NCBI GenBank assembly: GCA_029821875.1
Contig: JALGXW010000027.1
Span: forward strand, 6,175 to 70,174
Direction of reading: 5' to 3'
Length of the DNA stretch: 64,000 bases
From: Candidatus Hebobacterum abditum
Lineage (GTDB): Bacteria > Armatimonadota > Hebobacteria > Hebobacterales > Hebobacteraceae
This document shows, in pieces, positions 1 through 8,308 of this stretch (positions are counted from its first letter, which is position 1; every line of letters starts with the position of its first letter). Under the pieces are notes generated by a model, which saw only the letters and a program-made list of their open reading frames with translations, had not been told where the DNA came from and did not search any database. A program made the position numbers and the translations under genes.

Positions 1-939
1 CAGGGGTCCGGGAGCGGGCGCGCGAGCGATCTCTGCCGCCACATCCAGGACGATGGGCGCGTCATACTGGAACATGACGTAGCTGTAAACCAGGCCCTGT
101 GGCAGGTCGGCGACCAGCGTATGGAGCGTCCAGCCGCTGCGGCTCTCCACGTGCACGGCATCCATGATCGAAGCCACGTGCTCGGCCGTAAGCTCCTCCT
201 GACTCTCGATGCGGCTCAGCATCTCTTCCGCGCGGCTGTAGCGCCAGCAGGGGTACTCCCCGTTCGATGGGTTCGCCACGTTGAAGTTGGTGGAGACGAG
301 GAAGCTATCGCCGTCGGGTTTGCGGGTGAACGCAACCTTGCCGTCAGGTCCGACGCCGATCACAACCGCGTCACCCGTCGCGTCGGCGAAATGCATCTGG
401 TCGTGCATCGCCGTATGCCAGCGGTGCTCCTGGACCCAGGCGATGACCTCTTCCACCGTAGCACACTCGCGCAGGATGTGGAGCAGGTAGCTGGCGTAGC
501 CACCGTGGACGGGTTCTTGGCCGGGGTGAGAGGTCACCGGTACCTTGGGCAGCCCGTTGGCGTCGTAGGCCAACCCCTTCTCGTTGAAGCCCTGCTGGAC
601 GTTGTCGGGTTCCCCGAAGTAGATCGCACCGTAATGAGTGGCGCTCCCCGGATCGACCCAGTAGGTCTGGTCGCGGTTGATGTAGTCGTCGTTAGCGCCA
701 AAGAAGACCCGATTACCCTGGGAGACAGTGAGGATGGTGCAGCGGCGAACGTCTGAGTCGTCGCATGGGGGCGATGGAGACGCTGGCGACGCACGCCCTG
801 ACTGCGCCGGACCACAGATACCCAGGAGCATGGCGCCCAACGCTAAGCAGGCCCCCAAGGCGGGAGCATCGTCCCGACGCCAGTCGGCCCCCTCGGGTTC
901 ACAGTGCCAGCCCCGGCGTCCTCCCTTTCGTCTGCCCAT
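1..939 (-). CDS. Secreted Ntn-hydrolase (choloylglycine hydrolase/C45-like), running off the window edge
   Basis: Not in the ORF track; translated by hand. ATG at 939 after a GGAGGT RBS, hydrophobic leader ALGACLALGAMLLGIC, then ...RRCTILTVSQGNRVFFGANDD...QGFNEKGLAYD...ILRECATVEEVI...HFADATGDAVVI...STNFN. CT nucleophile, GxNEKGL and TNF are Ntn-hydrolase motifs. Confidence 0.75.
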   Translation of the reverse strand, partial: MGRRKGGRRGWHCEPEGADWRRDDAPALGACLALGAMLLGICGPAQSGRASPASPSPPCDDSDVRRCTILTVSQGNRVFFGANDDYINRDQTYWVDPGSATHYGAIYFGEPDNVQQGFNEKGLAYDANGLPKVPVTSHPGQEPVHGGYASYLLHILRECATVEEVIAWVQEHRWHTAMHDQMHFADATGDAVVIGVGPDGKVAFTRKPDGDSFLVSTNFNVANPSNGEYPCWRYSRAEEMLSRIESQEELTAEHVASIMDAVHVESRSGWTLHTLVADLPQGLVYSYVMFQYDAPIVLDVAAEIARAPAPGPL

Positions 940-1463
940 TCTCGTACCTCCCTCCATCGGTCTCTGCGGCACACGCAGAGCGCCAGGATGAGATTCACCC
1001 GTGGGACACGCTGTCCCTGTCAGACAGCGATGGGACACCGCTGACGGTCCTGCTGGTTTGCCTGCGACTCCCGGTCATTCTGCCATGTGCGGCCATTCGG
1101 CGGCGGCCCCGGGCATGGCCTTCTCCTGCCGAGGGTCCTGTTCCGATCAGGGGCCCGTAGCGAGAATGCGAGTGGCCCCAGGATACCGGATCTGGCACCG
1201 CGGTCGGCGGGGGCACGCGCGGCACGAAGGGGAACCGCCATCCACGCGGCAGAGGCACTCCGCCGTGTCAGGTACTGACAGCGCCATCTGGAGATGCTAG
1301 AATTGGGCTGGTTTCAGCTTGCTGAAGGCGAACTGCTGAGTTCGCATCAGACGAGCAAACCCGCGAATGGCGGTGCGCGAAGGGCAAGTGAGCCGAGATG
1401 TGGCATTGCGGTCTCGGATGCTCTACACTGTCATTGTGCGGGAGATCGACACTAGCGGACACG

Positions 1464-1504
1464 GGTGCCGGCGTAGCTCAGTTGGTAGAGCGGCTGATTT
1501 GTAA
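1464..1504 (+). repeat. 41-bp direct repeat containing the 5' half of tRNA-Thr(TGT); att-like left island boundary
   Basis: ggtgccggcgtagctcagttggtagagcggctgatttgtaa is identical to 7869-7909 and stops at the anticodon loop. Confidence 0.93.
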
Positions 1505-1774
1505 ACACCACTCGCGCGTGTTGCTCTTCCCCTCCATTTGCCGCACCATCTGTTCGCCTCCGTGACATCGTCCTGGGCGTACTGCCGAGGTCAAGCATGC
1601 CGGGCGATCCCAGATATACCTGGAATGTCTCTGAGCTGCCCACCGCGCGCGCTGGCCCTCTCAGAACCCGAAGCAGTCAGAGGAGTGGAGCAAACCTTGG
1701 CGCCCGTCAGGCCGGTCTCATCGTCGACTGAGAAGCACCCGGCGTCCCGGAGCCACTGAACGCGCATACAGTGA

Positions 1775-4700
1775 TCATCTCGCCTCCTGCGCTCGGCTCT
1801 GATCCCACCACTGTTGCCACTTGTCTGCATCGGTGCCGAAGTCCTGGCCGGTGATGGCGCGGAGGGCCTTCACCTCCGCGGTGATACTCCTTGGCGTGGG
1901 TTCGCCGCGGCCGAAGTAACGGTCTGCCTCGGCCACATCCTGCCGCAACGCCTCGATCAGCGCAGGCACGGCGGCCGGGTCCCTGAGTCGACCGATGGCT
2001 TCCGCCGCACCCACGCGAGAGGCAGCAAGGCAGTGGTCTGGATCCCGGAGGACGGTGAGGAGTAGCTTCACGGTACGGCGGTCGCCCACCTTGGCGAGCG
2101 CGACGGCGGCCGCGTGCCGGACCTGGCCGTCTGGATCATCCAGGAACGGTGCTATCGCCTCCGCGTTCTGCGGGTCGCCGATCTCGCCCAGCCCGGTAAC
2201 CGCCGCCAGACGGACTCCGACACTGTCGTCCTTCAGCAAGCGCACGAGCACCGGCGTCGCCCTGGGGTCCGCTATCTGGGCCAGCGCGCGGGCCGCGGCG
2301 CGGCGATTGCGCTGATCGGAGTCGCGCGTGAGAGGGAGGATGTCCGGCACCGCGGCTCGCGATCCTATCTCGCCGAGCGCCTTGGCGGCAGCGCGCCGCA
2401 GTCCCATGTCGCTGCTGTGGAGCAGCCCGAGTAGGAATGCCTCCGCGCGCGGGCCGCCGATCCGGCCGAGCGCCCATGTGGCATACCAGGCACCGTCGAA
2501 CTCCAGTCGCTCCAGTGTGCTGATGAGCGGCTCCACCGCCCGCGGATCGACTATCTCACCCAAGACGGATATGGCCGAAACTCGCACCTGCGGGTCGGTG
2601 TCGTGAAGCAGAATGTCGATCACCGGTTCGGTGGCCCGCCGATCCTTGATCCACAATAGGGGACCCAGCGCCTTCAGCCGGACCTTCGGATCCGGGTCGC
2701 TCAGTGCGGCCAGCAACGGCTCGAGAACAGCTTTGTTCTGGGCCTGACGCAGGCCGTCGCCGAGCGCATAGGAGACCCGCCCGCGGACGTACTCATCGGG
2801 GTCGTGGATCATGCCCAGCAGCGGCGTCACCGCGCGCGGATCGCCAATGAGACCGAGCGCCTCCGCAGCAGCGCCGCGGACACTCGGGTTGCTGTCCTTC
2901 AGGGCGGCCAGGAGACACTCCACCGCGTCGGCGGCATTCGGATGACCGAGTGCCCCGGCGGCCAGAGAACGCACCTCGGGGTCTTCGTCGGCGAGGAGAC
3001 CGGAGAGCACGCCAACGGTGCCTGTGCCGTCGAGGACACGGAGCGCGCTCGAGGACGCCCAACGCACCTCCGGGTGTTGATCCTTCAGGGCAGCGGCGAG
3101 TGGCTCAATGCCCTCAGGGTCGCCGAGCGAGCCAAGTGCCGTCGCCGCGGCGGCGCGGACCTCGTAGTCTGGGTCATGCTTGAGGATCGAAGCCAGGGGC
3201 GCGATGGTCTCCTTTCGCCCGAGCTCGCCAATCGCCCGGACCGCGGCGAGGCGAACGCGCCACACGCGGTCGTCCGCCGCTCTCAGGAGCGGATCCAGCC
3301 TCTCCGGCTCGCCGATCCTGCCCAGGGCACGTGCCGATGCCTCCCTCAGTTGCCAGTCGTCATCTCGAAGTGCCAGAAGCAGGTCAGGCACTGCCTTGTC
3401 GGACTGGAGGGCGCCCAGGGCTCTGGCCGCGGCGGCCCGAAGCGCCGGGTCGCCCTCGCGGAGGATCCCGAGGAGTAGCTCTTGGGCCCGTTGATCCCTG
3501 CTATCCCCCAGCGCTCTGATGGCTGCCCGTCGCACGAGCGCCTCGGCATCGCCCAACTGATGGATGAGGGCAGACACTGCCCCCGGGCCTCGCACCCGAC
3601 CGAGTTGCTGAGCGACGCCGAATCGGACGACGGGATCGGCATCGCGCGCGGCCTCTAGCAGGGAGTCCAGCAGGACCCGCTGGGCCTCCGTGCCAGCGAA
3701 CTCCGATCGGGGCCACATCCCCCAGAGCGCAGCATAGCGAACCGCGGGATCGGGATCGCGGAGTGCTGCGGCGCGGGCCCTCCACACCTCCGGCTCGTCG
3801 CGCATCGCGACAAGGTACATCGCCTGCCGGCGGACGGCCGGGTCCTCGTCACGAGCGAGCGGAAGGATCGCGTCCAGGTCGGCGTGCTGCTGCACGCGCG
3901 CGGGACCGCGAAGACCGTAGAGCGCCGCCGCGCGCACCGACGGTACCGGATCCTGCGTGAGTGCAACCAGTGGGGCCACGGCCATGCGCATCACGTTCTC
4001 GTCGTTCGTGTGGCAGAAGGCGGCTGCGCCGCGGGCTCGTACGAGGGCATCGGGTGACTGAAACCCGTCGATCAGCCGTCCGCCCACTTGCTCATCCCCA
4101 TAGTAGCCAAGCCCGAAGGCGGCGCGCCTCCCGACGCGGTCGTCCGCGTCTGCAAGGGCGGCGAAGAGAGCGTCCCTCGCTCGCGAATCGTCAACCAGCG
4201 GGCCGAGCCCTCCCACCGCGAGGAGTCGCACCTCCGGGTCTGGGTCGCGCCCCACCTCCAGGAGTGGCGCCACGGCCTTCGAATCGCGCAGCATGCCGAG
4301 CGTATAGGCCGCAGCCTGACGCACCGAGGGACCGTCATCTCCGAGAGACTCCTCGATCCCCTCTCCTGCCGCGCGGCGAACAGCATCTCCGGAGACCTCC
4401 GCCCTTGCGGGCTCCACCATGGCGGCCAACGCCAGCAGGGCTCCCCGGCGGACGCCCGGGTTCGAGTCGCCCAGTGCGGCCGAGAGCCCGGGAAGCGCCG
4501 GCTCCCCCAATCCCGCCAGCACGCGCACGGCCTGCTCGCCCACAGTCGTATCGCGGGACTGAGACGTCCACCACGGGTCCGGGTCGAGCCGGGCATACAT
4601 GGGGTCGCCCGGCAGCTCCGTATCGTCGGCGAGCATCCCTACGAGCGCAGGGACCGCTGGCGCGACACGGTCGCGGCTCGTCTGCAGGACCGTCGATGCT

Positions 4701-5869
4701 CGGAACCGCGCAAAGGCATCCGGGGAACGAAGCTCCGCCAGCGCCTGCTCCAGATCCGGAGTGAGGCCGTCCGCGCTCAGCTGCACAGCCGCGAAGGCCG
4801 CGGCAGAGAGCAGCAGCACCGCCGCCACCCCCAGCGCCAGCTTGCGGCTCAGCCGCCGCGCTCCATCAGCTCCAGTGATCGCCTCCACACGCTTGAGCAG
4901 TGTCGACTTCCGTTCGGCGACACCGACCGAGACCAATGCGAGCCGAGCATGCGCGCGCCTCGCGGCGGCGGTGAGTGAGCGAGCGTAGCTCGTCGGCTCG
5001 GCTCCCCGCTCCATGACCCAGGCGTCGCAGAGCTGTTCCCTCGCCAGGGAGATGTGCCGGCCAGCGAGCCAGACCACCGGGTGGAAGAACAGTGGTACTG
5101 CCAGCATCCGCTGCACCACGTTGACCAGGAAGTCGTGCCTGACGATGTGCGCCATCTCGTGTGCCAGGAGAGCGTGCAGGTCACTCTCGGAGAGAGACTC
5201 CAGCCACTCCTCCGGGAGCACGATCACCGGCCTCCGCCAACCGTACAGCAGCGGCGCGCCGGCCAGCTCGCTGCTGCGCAACTCCACACGTCTGGCCACG
5301 CCGGACGCGGCGCACAAGTCTTCCAGCATCGCCTGCAACTCGGCGTTCATGACTGGCGCACTGCTCTTGAGCATCATGCGTACCCACCGGTGCCCAAGCA
5401 GCAGCCGGAGCATGACCGCGCCGCAGCCTGTGAGCCAGAGGATGGCGACCAGGCCTGGCACCCCGAGCTGTTCCCAGAGAGACGGCGCCGGAGCCGGGAT
5501 GTCGGGCGAGTCAGGCGGAACCTTCGGGTTCGGAACGGCCGGTAGGCCCGCCACGTCCATCGTGGGCGTGGCGGTTAGCATCGGGGGCGCGATCAGCCGC
5601 GCCACCTGAGCGTCGGTCACGATCTCCGCCGCGGGACGGGGCACGGCGAGCACAACCGCGGCATCGTGGCGCGCCAGCATCACTCGAAGCGGCGTCAGCA
5701 CCAGCGGCGCGAGGAGCACGAACCACCACAGGGCATGCACCGCGTGCGGCTGACGCACGCGGGCAAGCCGCTGCAAGAGCCAGGCGAGCAACCCCAGCAG
5801 GACCAGCTGCCAGGTGATCGACCATCCGATTGCCGACCAGACACGGGATAGGAGGTGTACCAGCCACAT
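1775..5869 (-). CDS. BlaR1/M56 family metallopeptidase-sensor with a long HEAT/PBS-lyase repeat C-terminus
   Basis: N-terminal TM helices; PLLYGWRRPVIVLP, LAHEMAHIVRHD (HExxH), FFHPVVW, REQLCD; a TM helix, then many repeats of the type L..AL.D.DP.VR..AA.ALG. Confidence 0.9.
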   Translation of the reverse strand: MWLVHLLSRVWSAIGWSITWQLVLLGLLAWLLQRLARVRQPHAVHALWWFVLLAPLVLTPLRVMLARHDAAVVLAVPRPAAEIVTDAQVARLIAPPMLTATPTMDVAGLPAVPNPKVPPDSPDIPAPAPSLWEQLGVPGLVAILWLTGCGAVMLRLLLGHRWVRMMLKSSAPVMNAELQAMLEDLCAASGVARRVELRSSELAGAPLLYGWRRPVIVLPEEWLESLSESDLHALLAHEMAHIVRHDFLVNVVQRMLAVPLFFHPVVWLAGRHISLAREQLCDAWVMERGAEPTSYARSLTAAARRAHARLALVSVGVAERKSTLLKRVEAITGADGARRLSRKLALGVAAVLLLSAAAFAAVQLSADGLTPDLEQALAELRSPDAFARFRASTVLQTSRDRVAPAVPALVGMLADDTELPGDPMYARLDPDPWWTSQSRDTTVGEQAVRVLAGLGEPALPGLSAALGDSNPGVRRGALLALAAMVEPARAEVSGDAVRRAAGEGIEESLGDDGPSVRQAAAYTLGMLRDSKAVAPLLEVGRDPDPEVRLLAVGGLGPLVDDSRARDALFAALADADDRVGRRAAFGLGYYGDEQVGGRLIDGFQSPDALVRARGAAAFCHTNDENVMRMAVAPLVALTQDPVPSVRAAALYGLRGPARVQQHADLDAILPLARDEDPAVRRQAMYLVAMRDEPEVWRARAAALRDPDPAVRYAALWGMWPRSEFAGTEAQRVLLDSLLEAARDADPVVRFGVAQQLGRVRGPGAVSALIHQLGDAEALVRRAAIRALGDSRDQRAQELLLGILREGDPALRAAAARALGALQSDKAVPDLLLALRDDDWQLREASARALGRIGEPERLDPLLRAADDRVWRVRLAAVRAIGELGRKETIAPLASILKHDPDYEVRAAAATALGSLGDPEGIEPLAAALKDQHPEVRWASSSALRVLDGTGTVGVLSGLLADEDPEVRSLAAGALGHPNAADAVECLLAALKDSNPSVRGAAAEALGLIGDPRAVTPLLGMIHDPDEYVRGRVSYALGDGLRQAQNKAVLEPLLAALSDPDPKVRLKALGPLLWIKDRRATEPVIDILLHDTDPQVRVSAISVLGEIVDPRAVEPLISTLERLEFDGAWYATWALGRIGGPRAEAFLLGLLHSSDMGLRRAAAKALGEIGSRAAVPDILPLTRDSDQRNRRAAARALAQIADPRATPVLVRLLKDDSVGVRLAAVTGLGEIGDPQNAEAIAPFLDDPDGQVRHAAAVALAKVGDRRTVKLLLTVLRDPDHCLAASRVGAAEAIGRLRDPAAVPALIEALRQDVAEADRYFGRGEPTPRSITAEVKALRAITGQDFGTDADKWQQWWDQSRAQEAR

Positions 5870-5872
5870 GGC

Positions 5873-6265
5873 CTACTCCTTTCGCGACCTGCACTCGATG
5901 AGCTGCTGAACGCGAGAGAGCTCGGCCTCCGACAGCTTCTCGTCCTCGAGCAGGCGCATGAGCAGCGCCTCCGGCGAGCCCCGAAAGGTGGTCTGGATGA
6001 GGTCGCGCAGCAGGTTTCGCTTCACCTGTCGCTCCTTCACCTTTGCGTAGTATACGTGCGCCTTGCGGGTCTCGTCCCTGCCGACAAAACCCTTGTCTTG
6101 CATCACGCGGAGCATGGTGAGCACGGTGCTGTAGGCGGGAGTTGGCTTCACCGTCAGTGCCTCAAGCACGTCGCGCACGGTGGAAGGCCCTCGATCCCAG
6201 AGCACGTTCATGATCTGCATCTCCAGGTCCCCGAATCGCGGCCGCTCTCGCTTACGCATTCCCAT
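5873..6265 (-). CDS. blaI: BlaI/MecI/CopY family repressor
   Basis: LEMQIMNVLWDRGPSTVRDVLE...AYSTVLTMLRVMQDKGFVGR; directly upstream of the M56 gene. Confidence 0.93.
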   Translation of the reverse strand: MGMRKRERPRFGDLEMQIMNVLWDRGPSTVRDVLEALTVKPTPAYSTVLTMLRVMQDKGFVGRDETRKAHVYYAKVKERQVKRNLLRDLIQTTFRGSPEALLMRLLEDEKLSEAELSRVQQLIECRSRKE

Positions 6266-6278
6266 CGCTTCCTGTATC

Positions 6279-6326
6279 TACTAATATATTAGCATAAAGA
6301 GTACTACTCGTCCCTTCGGCTGTCAA
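6279..6326 (-). promoter_or_regulatory. sigma70 promoter of blaI-M56 with a palindromic operator
   Basis: Minus strand TTGACA (6326-6321), 17 nt, TACTCT (6303-6298). Palindrome tactaatatattagca at 6279-6294 with perfect core ctaatatattag, just downstream of the -10. Confidence 0.7.
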
Positions 6327-6358
6327 CAGGTGAACGAGTCTTGATCCCCGGCAGGCTC

Positions 6359-6387
6359 TTGACGGGCACCCCAACACTCGCTATTGT
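6359..6387 (+). promoter_or_regulatory. sigma70 promoter of the recombinase gene
   Basis: TTGACG (6359-6364), 17 nt, TATTGT (6382-6387). Confidence 0.65.
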
Positions 6388-6417
6388 CGTACCACTGATT
6401 GCGGCGTACTGCTGATT
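6387..6417 (+). repeat. Left pair of CGTAC-N-CTGAT motifs, including a 14-bp direct repeat
   Basis: tcgtaccactgatt (6387-6400) equals 7770-7783; variant cgtactgctgatt at 6405-6417. Confidence 0.65.
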
Positions 6418-6465
6418 TCGGGCGGGATCGTCGCTGAGCACCAGACTCCGGGGCAGGCAGGTAGA

Positions 6466-7659
6466 ATGCCTAGTCCCACAGGGGGAGGCGGCACGACGCC
6501 GGGTCAGGACGATACAGTGGAGAGCCTCAACTGGTCGGCCTTGATAGGGCGCTTTCTGCAAGCGTGGGCCGCTGAGCATCCCGGGCTTCGACCTGCGACC
6601 ACGAAGCACTATCGCGAGCAGCTGGAGACGAGATTGGCCGCCTTCGCGGCGGAACGCGAGATACCGTCGGTTCGGGATTTCACGCGTGAGCATATGCGCG
6701 CGTTTGTTACCTGGCTCGATGAACACGTGACACGACGGGGACCGATGAGCCAGCGCGGGAAGCAGATGGCGTTGAACTCCGCGAAGATGCTACTGCGATG
6801 GTGCTACAGGGAGGGGCTGCTTGCCGAGGACATCAGCAGGAGCGTGAAGGGCTACCGGCTGAACGGGGGATGGAAGCCGCAGGCTACTCGCTCAGATGAC
6901 TTGGATGCTCTCCTCGCTGCCTTCAACGCGGGCACGCCGATGGGTATCCGCAACATAGCGACGATATACATGATGGCGCTGTGCGGGCTGCGCGTCTCTG
7001 AGCTCTGCGGCCTGAACGCTGCCGATCTGAACCCGTGCGAGGGCCTTGTGACCGTGAGATCCGAGACCAGGGGAGGCACTCGCGTCCGGAGTGTTGATCT
7101 ACCTTCCGTGATCCGCGATGGGAGGCTCATGACGCGACCGGAAGTGGCGGAGGTGTTGACGGCCTGGCTGGCTGTTCGCGCGCGTTTCTTCCCCGAACTT
7201 GAGGATGCTGATCCTCTGTTCGTAGCACTTGAGCCCGGGCGCGCCTCAGCTGGTAGCGAGAAACAGGAGCCAGATGCGGGGGGTGCAGGCCGACGGATGA
7301 CCGTTGATGGGGTACGCCTGATGTTGCGGCGGGCGGCGAAGCGAGCAGGCATCGACCCGAAGCGCGTCACGCCTAACCGGCTACGACACCACTTCGGCTT
7401 AAGCGCCACCGCTGCGGGAGTCAACCAGGCGGCTCTTATGGAAGCGATGGGGCACAAGTCTCCTCTGATGACGATGCGATATGCTGCGATCACGGACGAG
7501 GACCGCAGCCGGCAGCTTGCCCGAGCCGACATTGCCGGCGGAGTCAGATTCCCTGATGCCCAGCGTCACCGCCTGCCCACCCGCGAGGATGTGGAAGGGA
7601 CTCTTGAGGAAGAGGCAAGCCTGTCTGAGATAGCGCGGAAGCTGTTCGCCCGAGAGTAG
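6466..7659 (+). CDS. Tyrosine recombinase/integrase (XerC/D-like)
   Basis: SAM-like N-domain; MALCGLRVSELCGL, TPNRLRHHFG, AMGHKSPLMTMRYA. Confidence 0.9.
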   Translation: MPSPTGGGGTTPGQDDTVESLNWSALIGRFLQAWAAEHPGLRPATTKHYREQLETRLAAFAAEREIPSVRDFTREHMRAFVTWLDEHVTRRGPMSQRGKQMALNSAKMLLRWCYREGLLAEDISRSVKGYRLNGGWKPQATRSDDLDALLAAFNAGTPMGIRNIATIYMMALCGLRVSELCGLNAADLNPCEGLVTVRSETRGGTRVRSVDLPSVIRDGRLMTRPEVAEVLTAWLAVRARFFPELEDADPLFVALEPGRASAGSEKQEPDAGGAGRRMTVDGVRLMLRRAAKRAGIDPKRVTPNRLRHHFGLSATAAGVNQAALMEAMGHKSPLMTMRYAAITDEDRSRQLARADIAGGVRFPDAQRHRLPTREDVEGTLEEEASLSEIARKLFARE

Positions 7660-7693
7660 GGTATGGGGCAGCCGACGAGCCCTGCTCACGGTG

Positions 7694-7722
7694 ATGACAA
7701 GCCGATGTCAATCTGGTAGAAT
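7694..7722 (+). promoter_or_regulatory. sigma70 promoter inside the island, pointing at tRNA-Thr
   Basis: ATGACA (7694-7699), 17 nt, TAGAAT (7717-7722) with an extended -10 TG. Confidence 0.6.
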
Positions 7723-7759
7723 CGGCCCTGAATGCGAACAGCAGAATCGGTGTCGCGCA

Positions 7760-7783
7760 CGTACGCTGATCGTACCACTGATT
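7760..7783 (+). repeat. Right pair of CGTAC-N-CTGAT motifs
   Basis: cgtacgctgat (7760-7770) and tcgtaccactgatt (7770-7783). Confidence 0.65.
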
Positions 7784-7871
7784 ATTGGATGCTGGAGACG
7801 AAGAGCCGGGTGCCGTAGGTGAGAAAATCGGCTCCTAGCTCAGAAAAAGAGTGTTCTAGGCGAATTGCGGT

Positions 7872-7947
7872 GCCGGCGTAGCTCAGTTGGTAGAGCGGCT
7901 GATTTGTAATCAGTAGGTCGCGGGTTCGAATCCTGCCGCCGGCTCCA
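7872..7947 (+). tRNA. tRNA-Thr(TGT)
   Basis: 76-nt cloverleaf: gccggcg/cgccggc acceptor stem, ctgat-ttgtaat-cag anticodon arm, GGTTCGAATCC T-arm, CCA end. Confidence 0.97.
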
Positions 7948-8308
7948 CTCTTCTCGTTCGCCGGAGGTGGATGAGAAGAGTGACCTCGAGCGAAGTCGAG
8001 GGGCCACGACATGACCGCCGGCAGCTCACGGCATTTGTACATGGTGCGCTGTTCTGACGGGTCTCTCTACACCGGCATTGCCAGAGACCCCGAGGAGCGG
8101 GCCCGCGTCCACAATCAGGGACAGGGGGCAGACTACACCGCTCGACGTCGCCCTGTAGTGCTGGTCTACTCAGAGCGACATGCACGCACGTCTGCCGCCC
8201 GCGGACGTGAGCTTCAGGTCAAAGCTTGGCGGGCAGAGAAGAAGGAGCATCTTGTGCGCGGGATTCCCTCAGCAGGCTCGGGACAAGCGAATCCTGCCGC
8301 CAGCTCCA
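7927..8308 (+). mobile_element. Putative 361-bp GIY-YIG mini-element at the tRNA-Thr 3' end
   Basis: 21-nt tRNA 3'-end duplication (7927-7947 vs 8288-8308, 20/21 identical), internal hairpins, imperfect inverted repeats, single GIY-YIG ORF. Confidence 0.65.

Larger units (their letters stand above)
1464..7909. mobile_element. About 6.4-kb integrative island at tRNA-Thr(TGT) carrying M56-HEAT, blaI and a tyrosine recombinase
   Basis: 41-bp tRNA-derived direct repeats at both ends; tyrosine recombinase gene next to the intact tRNA. Confidence 0.75.

Noticed and set aside
121-756. 211-aa plus-strand ORF
   Set aside because: Antisense shadow of the minus-strand Ntn-hydrolase frame.
1352-1410. 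gcaaac-ccgc-gaat-ggcgg..cgcgaa, resembling a c-di-GMP-I riboswitch
   Set aside because: No GAAA tetraloop, GACGCAAA or receptor motif, and no suitable downstream gene.
1467-1504. Second tRNA-Thr gene or intron-split tRNA
   Set aside because: Only the 5' half is present; joining it to the 8288-8308 fragment would still lack about 17 nt.
1900-4800. Repetitive DNA suggesting a CRISPR or tandem array
   Set aside because: Degenerate protein-level HEAT repeats; no fixed repeat-spacer pattern and no cas genes.
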